A stretch of 57,638 nt of DNA, filler included, from Sphacelaria rigidula (Eukaryota), in the NCBI GenBank assembly GCA_964200075.2. It is 9 parts of 9 records of this genome, joined end to end, with 100 filler letters (N's around TTAATTAATTAA, not from the genome) between each part and the next. Parts side by side here need not be neighbours in the genome. Positions count along the whole stretch, not along the records: positions 32,079 to 38,393 come from CAXNAA020020825.1; positions 38,494 to 44,808 come from CAXNAA020020826.1; positions 44,909 to 51,223 come from CAXNAA020020827.1; 6 more parts are not named here. One strand, 5' to 3'. Below are positions 36,601-49,700 of this stretch, in pieces. The notes below the pieces were generated by a model, which worked only from the letters and a program-made list of their open reading frames with translations, was not told the origin of the DNA and ran no database searches. The translations under genes and the position numbers were made by a program. Positions within the stretch are counted from its first letter, which is position 1; each line of letters starts with the position of its first letter.

Positions 36601-38594
36601 TTCTTGGTCTCCCACTTTCCACCCGAACCACATCAGAAGGGATAATGGTGGGAAAGTCCGCAAGAAGGCAGGGATTCACGAGGGAGAATGATCAACCTGC
36701 AGGAAGGTAGGTATCGAGGTATTTGGATGTATAGGGGTACTATTCGGCAACAAAAAGGTGGGTATAGTCGGCGGATTATAAAGAGGAATTCGTGGGAATA
36801 GGCCTATCGGCCAAGCGTTGATGCGGTGAGTTGATATTTTGTCAGGGGTTGGTTATGGCGTTCTCTCTTCAATCGTTAGTTGTGCATGGTTCGGATTCTC
36901 GACCAGTGAAAAACGGTCAATTTCGCCCCGTGGTAGCTTTTCCAGAGAAAATGCTTTGCTACATTGTCAATTCTCGAGCCATGAAAGGGCAAAATTGACT
37001 GTCTCATGAGCGGGAAGTCGAATTGTGCAAAATGACGGCACCAAGAGGGGCCGCACACGCGGCGGCGGGGGAGAGGGGTTGTCTGCGTTGAAGCGATGTG
37101 TATTGATCTTGGTCCGGGAAATCAAACGGTCTCTTCCCCGCCCTGGTGGTTGTTCAGTATGTTGGTGGGAGATCAGGTGAGTTTGTTGCGTGCATGCAGA
37201 CCAGCTACTGCTTTGACATCACACGCCTGGCTCCTAGCCGGACCGCTGAGGCGAATTCTGGAGTGTCGCCCACAAGGTTTGTTTGGCTGCCTGGCTGCAA
37301 AAAAGGTGAAGAATGCGGTGCCATTCATCTGTTCGTTGATACGGGACAAAAATAAAGTAGGATGGACATGTGTATGGTGGATTTAGGCATGTGCGACTGC
37401 TGTGGCCGGGTCGCTTGGGTGCAATCAGCAAGGATGGGGGGGGGATGATCGATAGACGAAAAATAAATGCTTGAGTTGAATCTTGGAGGTGAGGACAAAT
37501 CAAATCCACAATCAACGATCGGAAAAACGGAGTAAAACAAATGAAAGGTGTGCTGTGAGAAAGCATCAGAGTAAGTATATGGTGGGCGAACGTTTGCTCT
37601 TGGGCGCGGTAAGTGCATGTGGGTCTGCTGCGTTCTCCGCCGTGGACCACGGTGTGGTGTGTGCCGCGGCGCCGCGGAGCAGGGGCTGCTGAGGTTGAGC
37701 CTCGATGGACACATGTGCAGGGTAAGTACAAAGAGGTATGTACATCTCGTGTTCTGGGTGACCATCGATCTGTGATCAGCTGGGTTGTGATCTCGCGGTC
37801 ATTACACATGGCGAAATGGAAATGGCTTGGGGCAACCACCGGCGGGTATGCTGTCATGTGGTTGGGTGATCGGCTCATGTCAACCGTGACGGTATTGTTG
37901 TAGCCATTCTTGAACCTGTCGCCACCATCGGGTATCAATGCTCTGCATTTCGCAAGGCGGGTGCGGAAGCCGGGTTACATAATGGTAGACCCGTGCCACA
38001 CTTTTCACGGTCGTGTGTTGCAGGGGGCAAGGTAGGTGATGGATCACTTGTAGTCGGTGATCGACTAAGCTGAAGAACCATCCGTCCGTGTTTTGGTTGT
38101 TTCTTCGAAGAAGTGCCACGAGCACTTGATTCTCTCTTCTTTTTCTTCTCCTGTGAGGTTACAACTGTAGGGGCGTCATTCATCGTCTGTCGGTGTTGCA
38201 CTGCAGCCAGCCTTGGGGGAGACAGGCAGGATAGGGCGGCGCTATTTGGCAGCGAATCAGGACTTCTGCTCGAATACAGTTACTAACAGCCGATTCTCGA
38301 AAATGGGGTTGAAAAAAAAATGAGGTTCAACTCAAAAGCCGCGCTTTCCCTGATTTAAATTCAAGACCAATGACTTTCATATGGACCCCCCCANNNNNNN
38401 NNNNNNNNNNNNNNNNNNNNNNNNNNNNNNNNNNNNNTTAATTAATTAANNNNNNNNNNNNNNNNNNNNNNNNNNNNNNNNNNNNNNNNNNNNCCCCCCC
38501 CCCAAATAAACCCTCAGCGAAAATGAGGGGGGGAAAAGAAAAAAAAGAAAAAAAAAAAAAAAAAAAAAATGGCCCCCCCCCCCCCCCCCCCCCA

Positions 38595-39885
38595 CTAAGG
38601 CACAGATAGGAAGGATGGACGTGGTCCTCAGAGACTCGTACCTAGACACTAGGATTAAGAGATGTATCCTGATGGACGTGATCGTACCAAAGCTGGAATA
38701 TGCAGGTCAAGTATGGGAGGGGAACGTGAAATTGGTGAAACAGTCAGAAACAGTACAGATGGCAGCAGCTAAGAAGATAAATGAATGCTCGAAAACGACA
38801 AGTAATATAGTTTTGAGAGCAGAGTTGGGAATGTATTCCCTTACAACAAACAGAGACATGAAAATATTGATATGGTAATGTAGCGTAAAGAGCATGCAGA
38901 GGAAGAGATTGCCAGCTATAGTTGATAAGGCTGTATGGAAGAGAAGTACGAAAGGACATGCTATAAGGTGGGATGAAGAAGTCGAGAAAGTATGGAAGGA
39001 GAGACGAGGAAACCAAGACGAAATACTGTCCATAGTTGAAGGCACGGGGTGCAAGACAAAAGTAAGAGACATGATAGAAATAAGGGGAAAAGGAGCGCTC
39101 AGACGCAAGGTAGACGAGGAAGAACACCTGAAGATATACGGGTGGTTGAGAGAGGGGATCAGAATGAAAACATATCTGCATGGCGTCATGGACGCGGCAA
39201 AACAATTGATACTGCGATTTCGGGTGGAGGATCTGGACCTGCCAGAACCAAGAAAGAGATATGCCAGTAGTCGTGTGGAGGAGGAAGTAGAGGGACTGAA
39301 CTGCCTCTGTGACAAAGCAATAGAGAGCAGAAGTCATATAGATACAGAATGTGAACTATACAAGGAGGAACGGGACATGCTAGAGGGGGAAATTCGGGAC
39401 GTGAACGAAGGTGGCATGAAATCGTTTGATGCATTAGTCAGAAGCGAGAGAACGATGGTTATGGTAGGAGATAAATAGTGTCCGGATGTAATGCGTGAGA
39501 GGACCGCGTGCTTAGAGGACCGCACCGTAGCTCCAAACACCTCAGGATCGACATTTTCAAGACCATTCGGGCCAGTCCCTGCAGGGACCACGCCCTTGAC
39601 CCGAACTCCAACACTAACCCTATCCCTGATCCTAACCATAGGGATGTTCAACTTCCGACACGGTCCTCTAAGCACGCGGTCCTCTCACGCATTACAGCCG
39701 GAGACAGAAAAGCAGGACAGGGATAACATATGAACAAGGTTTTTGTGCAATGTGTGGAAGAAACGTAATGAGCGCCGGAATGTTGGAGGTGTCTCTATTA
39801 GGAGCAAGATCGGTGCTCCGGCTCGAAAGGGATGCGTGGTCAAGGTCAAACGACTAAGGCGAGCAACGAAATGCGGCTGCCCCCT
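38595..39885 (+). mobile_element. Non-LTR retrotransposon (LINE) 3' portion: post-RT region, C-terminal CCHC-like knuckle, short 3' end
   Basis: ORFs 38615-38878 and 38894-39478 read IVPKLEYAGQVW...VLRAELGM...RLP...CLCDKAIESRSHIDTECELY; coding resumes after a MITE (FLCNVWKKRNE). Confidence 0.88.
39486..39697. mobile_element. MITE with ~37-bp TIRs and CCGG TSD, inserted in the LINE
   Basis: tgtaatgcgtgagaggaccgcgtgcttagaggaccg is perfectly inverted at 39661-39696; ccgg on both sides; removal restores the LINE frame (CPETEKQ). Confidence 0.92.
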
Positions 39886-41712
39886 CCTTTTTGGGTTGGC
39901 GCCGGTTGGCAACTCGCTGCAAAACACGACATTGCGCAAGCTAGGCAACCAGGTTTCTTTCGCATGCGTTTTGTTTGCGGTAACCATGATGGTGGTGGAG
40001 CTGAATCATCTTGTGAGGCGTGAAGAACCTGAACTCCGCGAAAAATCAAACGATTGTCTTACGGAGTGTTCAAATGGTGAGACACCCATGAGGCAGTGTG
40101 TATCTCATGGCTATCTCTGGAAGCAGCAACACCAGAAAATGAAGCAACTCATTCGAGGCTGTCCTTCATGTGTAAGATAATCAGTACGCTTCGGGCCGAA
40201 CAATCTTATCAGAGTGAAGCTCACCCCTCATGTGGTTCGCCGAACACATCACGGCGCTTCGCGCTTGGTGATTGATTGCACGCCTGATCCGTCAAAACCC
40301 CGGCGTACTCCGTCCCGGCGTTATAGGAATGCAAAGTCAACGGTCGTATGACTACGGCATGTAGCACAATACGTATCCCCCCCACCCCACTCGCCCGGCT
40401 AGTTAGTGAGGAGACCTCGCCGGAGACCTCACCGGAGGCGCCGCCGGGGGCAAGACAATCGTCCTTTTGACTACCCTCTCTTTGAGATCAAGCTTATGCT
40501 TCACTGCCCGTGAGCACAATTTTGCGCGCACGGATTTTACCTGAAATACATTGGAGGCGAAGACGTCAAAAAGTACATCGTGTTCAGACTCGCTTGATGC
40601 TCACTGCAGTGGCGTCGACCTCCAGGGCCGTAACTGCTGGTTCTACTCCTGATCTCCCGCCTGACATACGTTGCTGCTACCTCCCCGCGCAATCGGCCAC
40701 GCAAATGCATACATGACAGAAGATATACAGGACAAGCTACTAAGCCACAGATACCAGGAAATCTAAAACCCTCTGTAGGACTGGGTAGACTAAAACTCTC
40801 AGGCTACCCACGCATCCCGTTACCGGAGTTTCCGATGGTTTCCGAGTGGTGATGGGGCATGGCTGAACCAAAGGAACGTCAAAGTTGAGTCGGAATCGAA
40901 AGCGAAACCTCTTGACCCGACCGTGTTGCGGTTTCATCTGGTATGGAATATGCTTCTTTAGCACCACGTTTGGGCCTGACACAACCAACCGTGGATAAAC
41001 CGCAGCCGATCGAAGAGATTCGAACGCTGATCACGAGAGTTACACCGCCCCCCGAATGATGCTCGACAGCCGTCACGATACCTTCCACATCACCAAACAT
41101 GCTGCTGTTGATCTCGATCCATTGAAAATGAGCTTACTAAGTTGACCGGTTTTCTACACGCCCATACAGCACAAGTGGTGTCAGTGTACACCTCAAGCAG
41201 GAATGACTACACACTGTTCGCACACCTCGTCACCGGTTTCCGCTGCGTCCAGAGTGAGACGGGACTGGAGACTCAAGAACATGTCGGGGCGGCACTATGC
41301 GGGACGGAACTTTGCGGGGCGGGCCTTCCAGTCTCGTCCCATCGAATATCTCCTGACACCGTTGCCCCGCGAAAATACCTGGACAGTTCTTGTAAAATAC
41401 CAACTTCTGTACCACCAGTAATGCAAGGTGTGCCCTAAAAGCACCGTGACAGCGCTACGAGAGGTCCATGAAACCCGTCACCATGCAGTTCCACTGCATC
41501 ATAATGATGACAAACGCTATTTTATTGTTATTTCGTGAGATAGGAGTGTTACCCTCAGGAGAGCACCACGAGCCCGCCATATGGTGTCCACACGGGACCC
41601 TCAAACGCCCTCATCAACGTACCATGCAATATCCGTCCGTGATAGTACTGACCACAGCAGGATCGAATTCTCAAGAGAAGGTAATGCCACATCTCTGATG
41701 GTCGGAACTCAC

Positions 41713-41907
41713 CGAGGATGCACGGTGCCGTGCCGGTTACTTCGCAGAACACGTCTGATTCTCCGATCCGTCCTGTGCAGCATTCGTCAGCTCCAAGTCC
41801 TTCCCTGTTGCCGCAACCTGCGCCTCCGCATGTCCCGCATCCTAGCGCGCAACAGACGCCACTCGACTCGACACCAACCGTGCCATCGCTGCAAGTAGCG
41901 ACCTCGG
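41713..41907 (-). CDS. Exon encoding a Cys-rich extracellular-type repeat module (brown-algal type)
   Basis: 195-nt phase 1-1 exon (aag acceptor, gtgagt donor): EVATCSDGTVGVESSGVCCALGCGTCGGAGCGNREGLGADECCTGRIGESDVFCEVTGTAPCIL, 10 Cys. Resembles modules in Ectocarpus cell-wall proteins from recall. Confidence 0.85.
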
Positions 41908-42873
41908 CTTGAAATTCGTGCAGAAACAAGCAGACGATCATCCGTGGACGGGACGTAGGCATGGCCGGGATATTGTCGGTTCAAGCTGCCGAGAGGGCCA
42001 AGGCGGGAACATAATCTTCCCAGAACTTTCGATATTATGGGCGTCGGACGCGCGCGACGATCGCGCGGCCATTTACACCGTCGCTTGGAATAGTTCTTCC
42101 GACGAAACCCCGCGACCAGCGAATATCGGAGTGACCGATCATCGCCGTAGTGCTTTGTGAGAGGAAAAATTCCAATGCTCTGCGGATCAATCATGAACTT
42201 ATGCGCTTCCACACTCCCTTACGTGTGTAACGTCAAAGTTGAGGCATCTTACCATGATAGTCATCAAGTTCACATCCTCTTGATTGGTGTGAGTTTGGAG
42301 AGAACACCAAGTTGTCCAAAGTTTTTGACGTGAACGATCGTCTTGGCCCGACTCGGTCAACTGCCTTCTCGAGCGCATATTGGAACTATAGCTGCGGGGA
42401 AGATATGGCGGGCTTTACTTTTCTCCAACTATGGTTTAGGCACACCGGAGAGATATCCCAATCCTCTCGCGACGGTAACGCTTCAACCCTCAGCCAGCGA
42501 GCGTAGCAGGTCATTTGCCAAATTAGCATCAATTACAGCTTTTAAAAGGTGTGCATGGTACAGATGGACTACCTTCCTCGTGGTCTCAAGGGTGAAGGAC
42601 AAGGCGAATTGCTTATAGGACTATTGTTTTCAATCTCGAAGCATTTGAGATCAAAGGTTGGGCAAAATTCAGTCGGGTGTGTACCGAATAGAAGGAAAAG
42701 CGGACAAAGTTGCTTGAACTGGTTCTAGCAAATCTGCGGCGAAACGGACAGCTACTCAGCGAGGATCGCGCGAGCAGCTCTCCTTCCTAATCGGAGGTTC
42801 AGATCCTTCACATCACGGTGAAGTAGTGGCAAAAGCCATCGCAGTGCAGTAGAGCGTCAATAATCGTACTCAC

Positions 42874-42912
42874 AGGTCGGCGTAGATGACGTCGTTGTTG
42901 TCGTTGTCGATC
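42874..42912 (-). CDS. 39-nt Ser/Thr linker micro-exon, probably the same gene as 41713-41907
   Basis: cag acceptor, gtgagt donor, phase 1-1, encodes STTTTTTSSTPT. Confidence 0.65.
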
Positions 42913-45226
42913 CTGTCATGTCCATAGATTGAATCCACCAAAAAGTTGAAAAACGAGCAGCGGTGGGGATGGGGCAGGGGATTGGGCGCGTCAAAATCAA
43001 ACGACCATAGGATGAGACAGATAGAACTATCCCGCGCCCGGGGTCGGTGGGGGATCCGTTACATCTCCTCGGAAGTGACACCTCCGGGTAATAACTTGGC
43101 ACTCGTGAACACCTACCCCTGCCGTGGGATATTTCTCTGCAACCACTTGCGTAGCCCAACGCTTATGGTCGACAGTGATATCGCACTGCGAACGTTTGAG
43201 GTGCTCTTCTTACTCTCCAGCGACAGGTTTTACCTTAGGGGCATAATATTTCATTCGCCTAGCATACATCGAGAGACATCGCTCATGTTTTCTAGACGCA
43301 AAGCAACAAACGGAACTAGTCAAGACGGACTAAATCGACGTGAGCAGGTCGCTCCTACTTCTTGCCGACCATCGTCCTACAGTCTCCCTTCTCCACTGCT
43401 GTAACGCTCGAGGTGGTTTCGCATGGCCACCCGTGCTGTGCCTATGACCGGTACCGACAACTCATAACCTGCCTGTGCTGCGCGCTTCGGCATAGTGTAC
43501 ATGTCACTAGAGGCGCCATGTACCAGCATACGTCCACATCTGATACAGCCCCGTCTGACACCGGTAGTATGCGCTACTCCATCGCATTGCCGTTAAGCGA
43601 CGATGGACGTCAACAACTAAGCAGGATGCATCCATACCCTGTCCGATATCATCGACAGTCATCACGTTCCAAGACCAAAACACTGTAACTGGCACATTAC
43701 ATCCTGATCAACGTTTTCTGAAGCATACGTGTTTTCAGCAAGGAATAATCTGCGTGGAGCACACCTTGGATGACATGTGATGCACTAGTAGCCGTAGGGG
43801 AAAAGAGTGTTGCGTAAAGTATCGAGCCTGTTGCCTATAACGAATAATACATGGTGCAGCATAACAGTTGCAATAAGAAAAACGTGTCCTGCGAGAACCT
43901 TCTGTCGACTCTATTGCCTATCGCCTATTGGCAATAGAGGGCTCGACTCTTTACCCAGCAAATATAAGTTTTAACAGGCTCGATACTACTATACGCAGCA
44001 CACGTTTTCCCTATTGCAACTGTCACACCACCGATTGTCCAAGGTGTACCACAGAGAACAAGTTACTTCGTCGTGCGCGATAGATGCAGACAAAACACAT
44101 CTGTGGTGGAATATCGGTACTTTTTACCTCTCGATCACCTGCTGTGCCCGACCAAACGCGTGGAATTTCATTTGCTCACACCCCGTGTTTGCGCCCCACA
44201 TAGCTCGTGGCGCTTTCGTGGCGCCACACTCCGACCGTATGCCTACATCGTATAGACAGTTTTCCCCACGTCGGCTTCACAACAACCTATTAGCTGAACA
44301 TTGCTGGTGCCAAACCTCCGAAGCTGACCATGACCACAATCCATCAGAGATAGACCGATAACCCCAAAGAAAGAGGGGGGACAGGGGGTGCCCTGGACGA
44401 AATGTCCGCTGCTTTCGGCTCTAACTGGTGCCGGTTCGGGTCAACGCACGTGCTGCGTTTTCAAGTTTTCCGAGTGGGTTATACGTGGGCGTGTGAAGCA
44501 ACAGGCTCAACAATTCATGTCAAGTATCAAGTTTTGGGCTCAGGAAGAATCACTCCCACCGATCGTCCTATTCGCTCACTCTTTGTAAGCACAGGTCGAT
44601 GTAAGGTGAAGCAAAGTCACTTCATCACGCAGAGTGTACACTAGCATATATATGTAAGAAAAAATATAACTATTTCACACTCTGGACAATAGAATATGAG
44701 ATATACATTGCCCGCTCAATATATTTTGGGCGAGCATCATCTCTGACTACTGCTCAAACTTCGGGATACACGCGACATCGTGGACGCAGGTTGCCCAAGA
44801 TGTGTCCGNNNNNNNNNNNNNNNNNNNNNNNNNNNNNNNNNNNNNNNNNNNNTTAATTAATTAANNNNNNNNNNNNNNNNNNNNNNNNNNNNNNNNNNNN
44901 NNNNNNNNACCTTCGACTTTCTACAAAAGAGTTGATTCATCACCCCCTGACCCTCCCGCATCCGCATGTTGCCCCCCCCCCTCCTACCCCCCCCGCGCAC
45001 TTCCAATACCAAAAGCACCCACGAAAATAGCCGAGGAAAACAGCTAAGGCAAGCAAGAAATGAGTACGCCAAAGCTTTGACTTTCTACAGAAGAGCTGAT
45101 TCATTACCCCCGACCCTGCCGCAGTCTCATGTTGCCCCCCCCGCCCCCTTCCCGCGGGCGCACTTACAATACAGCCGAGGATCTTCGGGCAAGCCCCCGT
45201 CCTCATCCACGTCATCCTCCACAAAG

Positions 45227-47507
45227 GATCACAATTTAGCGTCGATGCAGACAAGGGACGGCTACGGCAGCGTCCACGGTGATGACGGAGAAGGTTTGGC
45301 CTCCGATATAGACGGTGAGTTAACGAGGACATTCTCAGTCGCTGCAGCGGCAGCAGCGGCGGGTCAACGTCCTGGCCGTTACTCCGAAGACGGCGCTGAT
45401 TTCCGCACCGTCGATGGTTATGGAAACGGGGCTGGCAAGCGGGGTGGGAGGATAATGGATGGTGACGGTAATAGTGAGAGATACGACAGTCGCGCAGGAC
45501 ATCGGCCCGCTGCCGGCACGCTGGCGGCTGCCGTGGAGGAATCTCGCAAGATCTTGGGCCTGGAAGACGAAGACGAACATGACGACGACGGCAACCACAG
45601 CGACCAGCGTGGAGGGTTGTATCTGCGAGGTCCAGCGGTGGCCGGACGGTCAAGCGCGAGCGCCCGTGACGAAGATGATGAAGAAGGGACGGGTCCGGGT
45701 GTGTCTTCATCGAGCATGAGCCGCGTGGGTAGCGGTGCTGCCGGTGCTGGCCCCGGGGGTCGGGAAATGAACAGACAAGAGGTAGCAGGACGGGCGGTTG
45801 GATCGGGCAATAACTTGGGCATGATGCGGTACCCCGAAGGACACGGCGAGCAAGAGCGGGGAGAAGCAGGAATCTGGGGTCCCGTGGGCGGTCTCAGAAG
45901 GTCGCATTCTGTCGGGGGGGGCAGTAGTTCGCTGTGGCAGCAATGGACGCGGGCCGCGGTAGATGGTCATCTGACGAACATGTCTGCTGCTGCTATTGCT
46001 AATGCTTGGAGCGGTTCCGGAACTAGTTCTCGGAATGATACCAGCGCTGACTCTTGTAGCAATCACGACGCCGGTTCTCGTACTGCTTCCGGGACTAGAT
46101 CGAGTGTTGGTCGCGGCGTGAACTCGGAGTGGGCTAGGCCGAGCGGTGACGGATCCCAAAATGTTCTCGCAGACGGATCACCTATTGGGGTGACGGGACT
46201 TAAGAAGACAATCCGTTTGGGGTCCGATGGAGCGGCGGCTGCTACGGGAGGATCGTTAAATGGAACGGCTCATCAGGATGATGCAGTGCCTGAGGTAGGC
46301 ACCGATGCATCGGGGCGTGTCTGTGATAGCAGCAGCTGCGCCGTTACTGCCGCTGATGGGGTCGGGAGAAGCTGCGGCGGCAGCGGAAGCACCCACGAAG
46401 GAAACGGTAGTAAAGACAGCGAAATGAAGAACTGCGGTGTTGTGCGTAGCAAGGGGGCAGCAGAAGCGAAGGGTAGTCCCGGCATTAACGCAAGCGCACG
46501 TAAGCAATCCGACCACAGCCATCACAGCGGGGTGATGACGAGGAATACCAGCGACAGTGGCGAGGATGGTCTGGAATATGACCGCGGTCATGGTACCGGT
46601 TGTGTCGGGGACGGGAGCACCGCGGATCGTGATGCGGGTGTCGAAAAAAAACAGCACCCCCTCGACGTGTCGCAGCAGCACGAGGGGCAGCAGTACCGTT
46701 GGCCCCTCAACCAAACATTGTCGACATCTGTGGTCAACACATCCTCGTCGTCATCATCGCGATCCAGGTCGTCTTCGGCTCGAGGACTCCCGGCACCCCA
46801 AACCCAAGCCTCGGATGCGGCGCCTATATCTTCTTCCACGATTACTCTGCCGCCCCCTCCTTCTATCCCGCCATCGACTAATCTGCCGCGTGGAACCACA
46901 GTCGTCGACCCCAACACGAGCAGCACACACGGCGACACACGCAGCAACAACAGCGCTAACAAACCAACCACGACAACACTATCGTCCTCAGCAACAGAAG
47001 CATCGGGACTAAACCACCGTAGTACAGGAGATGATACAGTGATACCGTCAGAACACGCCGGCGAGATATGCGAGACTCATCCGCCTCCGGTCCCGCCGAC
47101 CCCCGCGGGTGCCAGCGATGATGTCCAACTTCCGGCGATGCCGACGAAGATCTACGGTAACAAGCAGCACCAACCGCGGTCGAGCAAGCGCAGAAAGCTG
47201 GCGGAGCTCTTGCACTTTCGGCGTCGTAGCAGCAACGGCGGGAGCAGCGGTAGCGCCGGAAGCATCGGAGGAGGTCGACGGACACCAACGCCACCACCGC
47301 CCCTACGGCAGGCGGAATCCGACACGAGTGCGGCAGCGTTGATGCCGAACCAAAGTATCGATAGTGCGAACTCGGCCGAGGGGGACAGTGTTGCCCGAAA
47401 CCGAAGAGCTGGATCTGCTCCCGCGGGAGAGCGGTTGTCGTCCGAGGCGACTGAAAAGGTGGCCGCAGTGCGGGAAGCGGCGAGCGGTTCGGGCAACGGT
47501 AGACTCG
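45227..47507 (+). CDS. Very large exon of an unknown Gly/Ser-rich, probably disordered protein (5' boundary uncertain)
   Basis: Part of the 860-codon open frame 44966-47548; GC-rich; phase-1 donor g|gtgagg at 47507; basic motifs such as SKRRK. Confidence 0.75.
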
Positions 47508-47914
47508 GTGAGGGATTTCGCTTGCAGTACGAAGGGGGGAAAAATTAGTCGGGTGGTGGTAGTGCATGTGCCCCTGCGGAGGACGACGTGCGTCATGCTT
47601 TCCTGTCCCTTGAAAATTATACGACCGCAAGGTTTACTTTGTCGAGTGTCTATTGATAACATTGATTGATTTGATTGATCGATTGATAGATTGTCGCACT
47701 TTAACTGATCCCCCAGGGGTCCAGCCGTGGTGTCATGATATGCGTGTGATTTTGGTGTTTTGACGTTTGCAGTTGGTTGGCTCGGAGGCGTCGGGGTCTG
47801 ACGAAGGACAACGCGTGGTGCTTGCTATTTATTTGCCGCATCTGTTTTTTTTTTCCTTCTTGTTACGGCTGGTATGGGCAAGTCGAACCGACCCGGAGAT
47901 AACCCCGAACCGAT

Positions 47915-48173
47915 GAGTGATGCCGCGATAGCTTTCCCCCCTCCCCCCCCAAAAAAAACTACCACGAAGAAAACGGTCATACAGCGCATGACGGGTGGTT
48001 GCGGACTGCATGAAGCGCCTCATACGGGGGCGACATCAGCGAAAACACTTCCAAGCGTGGGAGCCCCCAGCTGCTCGGTGTGCTCGGCGTTTGTCATTTT
48101 GATTTTGCGTGTAGATTTTTCCTCCTCAAAACAGCCACTTTACTGGGGGGGGGTGGCTATCGCGGCATCAGTC
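47915..48173. mobile_element. MITE, CGATAGC-C-run TIR family (copy B), intronic
   Basis: TIR tgatgccgcgatagc / gctatcgcggcatca; interior homologous to 18050-18300; flanks cgat/cgaa. Confidence 0.82.
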
Positions 48174-48374
48174 CGAAAACTGCGAAGGGGCTATGATGAT
48201 CTGCGTTGGGTTCTGATTTCTCTTTTTTGTTTATTTTTTGGTACGACAACGCTGGGATTGAGGTTAGGGGGAGGGGTTACATACAGCTTGTATCGCGAAA
48301 GTGGACGAGTTATTGAACAAAAATCAGACCAACATAAATGCACCCGACCTTGTAAATAATGAAATGTTTTGCAG

Positions 48375-48492
48375 CGGAGGTGCCTGCTGAGAATTCAGAG
48401 CCGGCGCCGGCGGTGACTGACACAGAGGCCGTGGGAGATGGACGCCGTGCGTCAGGTGGCGAAGGACGAGGCAAGCGAAGGCGCCGGTCTAG
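48375..48492 (+). CDS. Next exon of the low-complexity protein gene
   Basis: ttttgcag acceptor compatible with the phase-1 donor at 47507; encodes EVPAENSEPAPAVTDTEAVGDGRRASGGEGRGKRRRRS; gtgagg donor. Confidence 0.7.
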
Positions 48493-49700
48493 GTGAGGGG
48501 GCTCTCATTACATGGTTTATGATCGCTTAAAAGATCGTTTTACGGTGGGGTAATTCTGAGGCGTCCGCGCTCGACAGATACTGTGGAATTCTACTCAGTC
48601 CTGCCGGGAGTACTGTACCTCTTTTTTTTTTTCAAGGGTTTGGATGCTAAACTAGTACGTACTGCCAGTTCTTAGGAACTGGCCAGTTTCTAAGGACTGG
48701 GAAACGGGCAGCCAGTACCGCCAGTACATACACAACTTACGTACGTCCCACAAAACGCCTAAAAACAGCGGAAACCCATCCAAATTACGCCGCCACGCTG
48801 CCTCAAAGGAGAGAAGACCCACCACAGACACCACACGCAGCACACAGCAGGAGACAGACTGTTGGAACGGTGCAAAGGTTTTGTTCGTCTGGCAGTCCGC
48901 CGGCAGCAGACCCCGCCGGTGGTGGTACCGCGGGGTCTGCTGCGTCAGTAGATGCGGTGTCAATACACGTTCAGGGCTGTTGTGTCGTTCGGGTTTTTTT
49001 TTATTTGAGAGGCTGTCCTATGATCAGTCATGAAGGGTGCTCACGCCTTGTGCCGTCAAGGGCTACTATAGACCTGCTCTCTCCATTTTCTATATAGAAG
49101 TCCGAAGTACTCTGTACTTGTTTAGACTGAAGACACACCATACACTAAAATTGCAACAATTCATGTGTAAGCCTCCCCACGATGCTGGAGTTGGTGAGCA
49201 CCGCAACATTTGTGACACATTTATTATTTTTTATCTTCACATTTTCCTCGAGTTGAAAACAACTCATTTGGGCGTTGTACTAGACGTTGTCTACCGAAAT
49301 AGTGCCTCTTAGGTTGGTCAAAAACCACTCAGCTTTTAGGCTCTGGAGAAGCCAAATCGCGTAAAAAAGCGCCTCTGGCGGTGCGCCTCCCCGGCCGGGC
49401 CCCCTCAACAGCCGGGAGGGGGCGCTGGTCGCGGCGCAGTCGCGACCACGCGGCTTCGCCGCACCACCAGTGTACTGATCGGATCCAGTATACTGGCTGC
49501 TGTTCGCAGCCAGTATACCGGATACTGGCTGGCTGGGCCAGTACCCAACCCTATTTTTTTCAGAATTGGAGTTTCAGCCAGTACCATGTCCTGTCCATTT
49601 CAGCCATTTCGGCCAGTACCATGCCCTGTCCCTCACACGTTTGCAAGGGTTACACGCCCCGGGCAAAAAATGGCCAATAGTTGCAACATAATATTATTTT

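Noticed and set aside
40540..40655. Candidate terminal exon (minus strand) of the Cys-rich protein gene
   Set aside because: It has a plausible acceptor and stop but no protein-level support.
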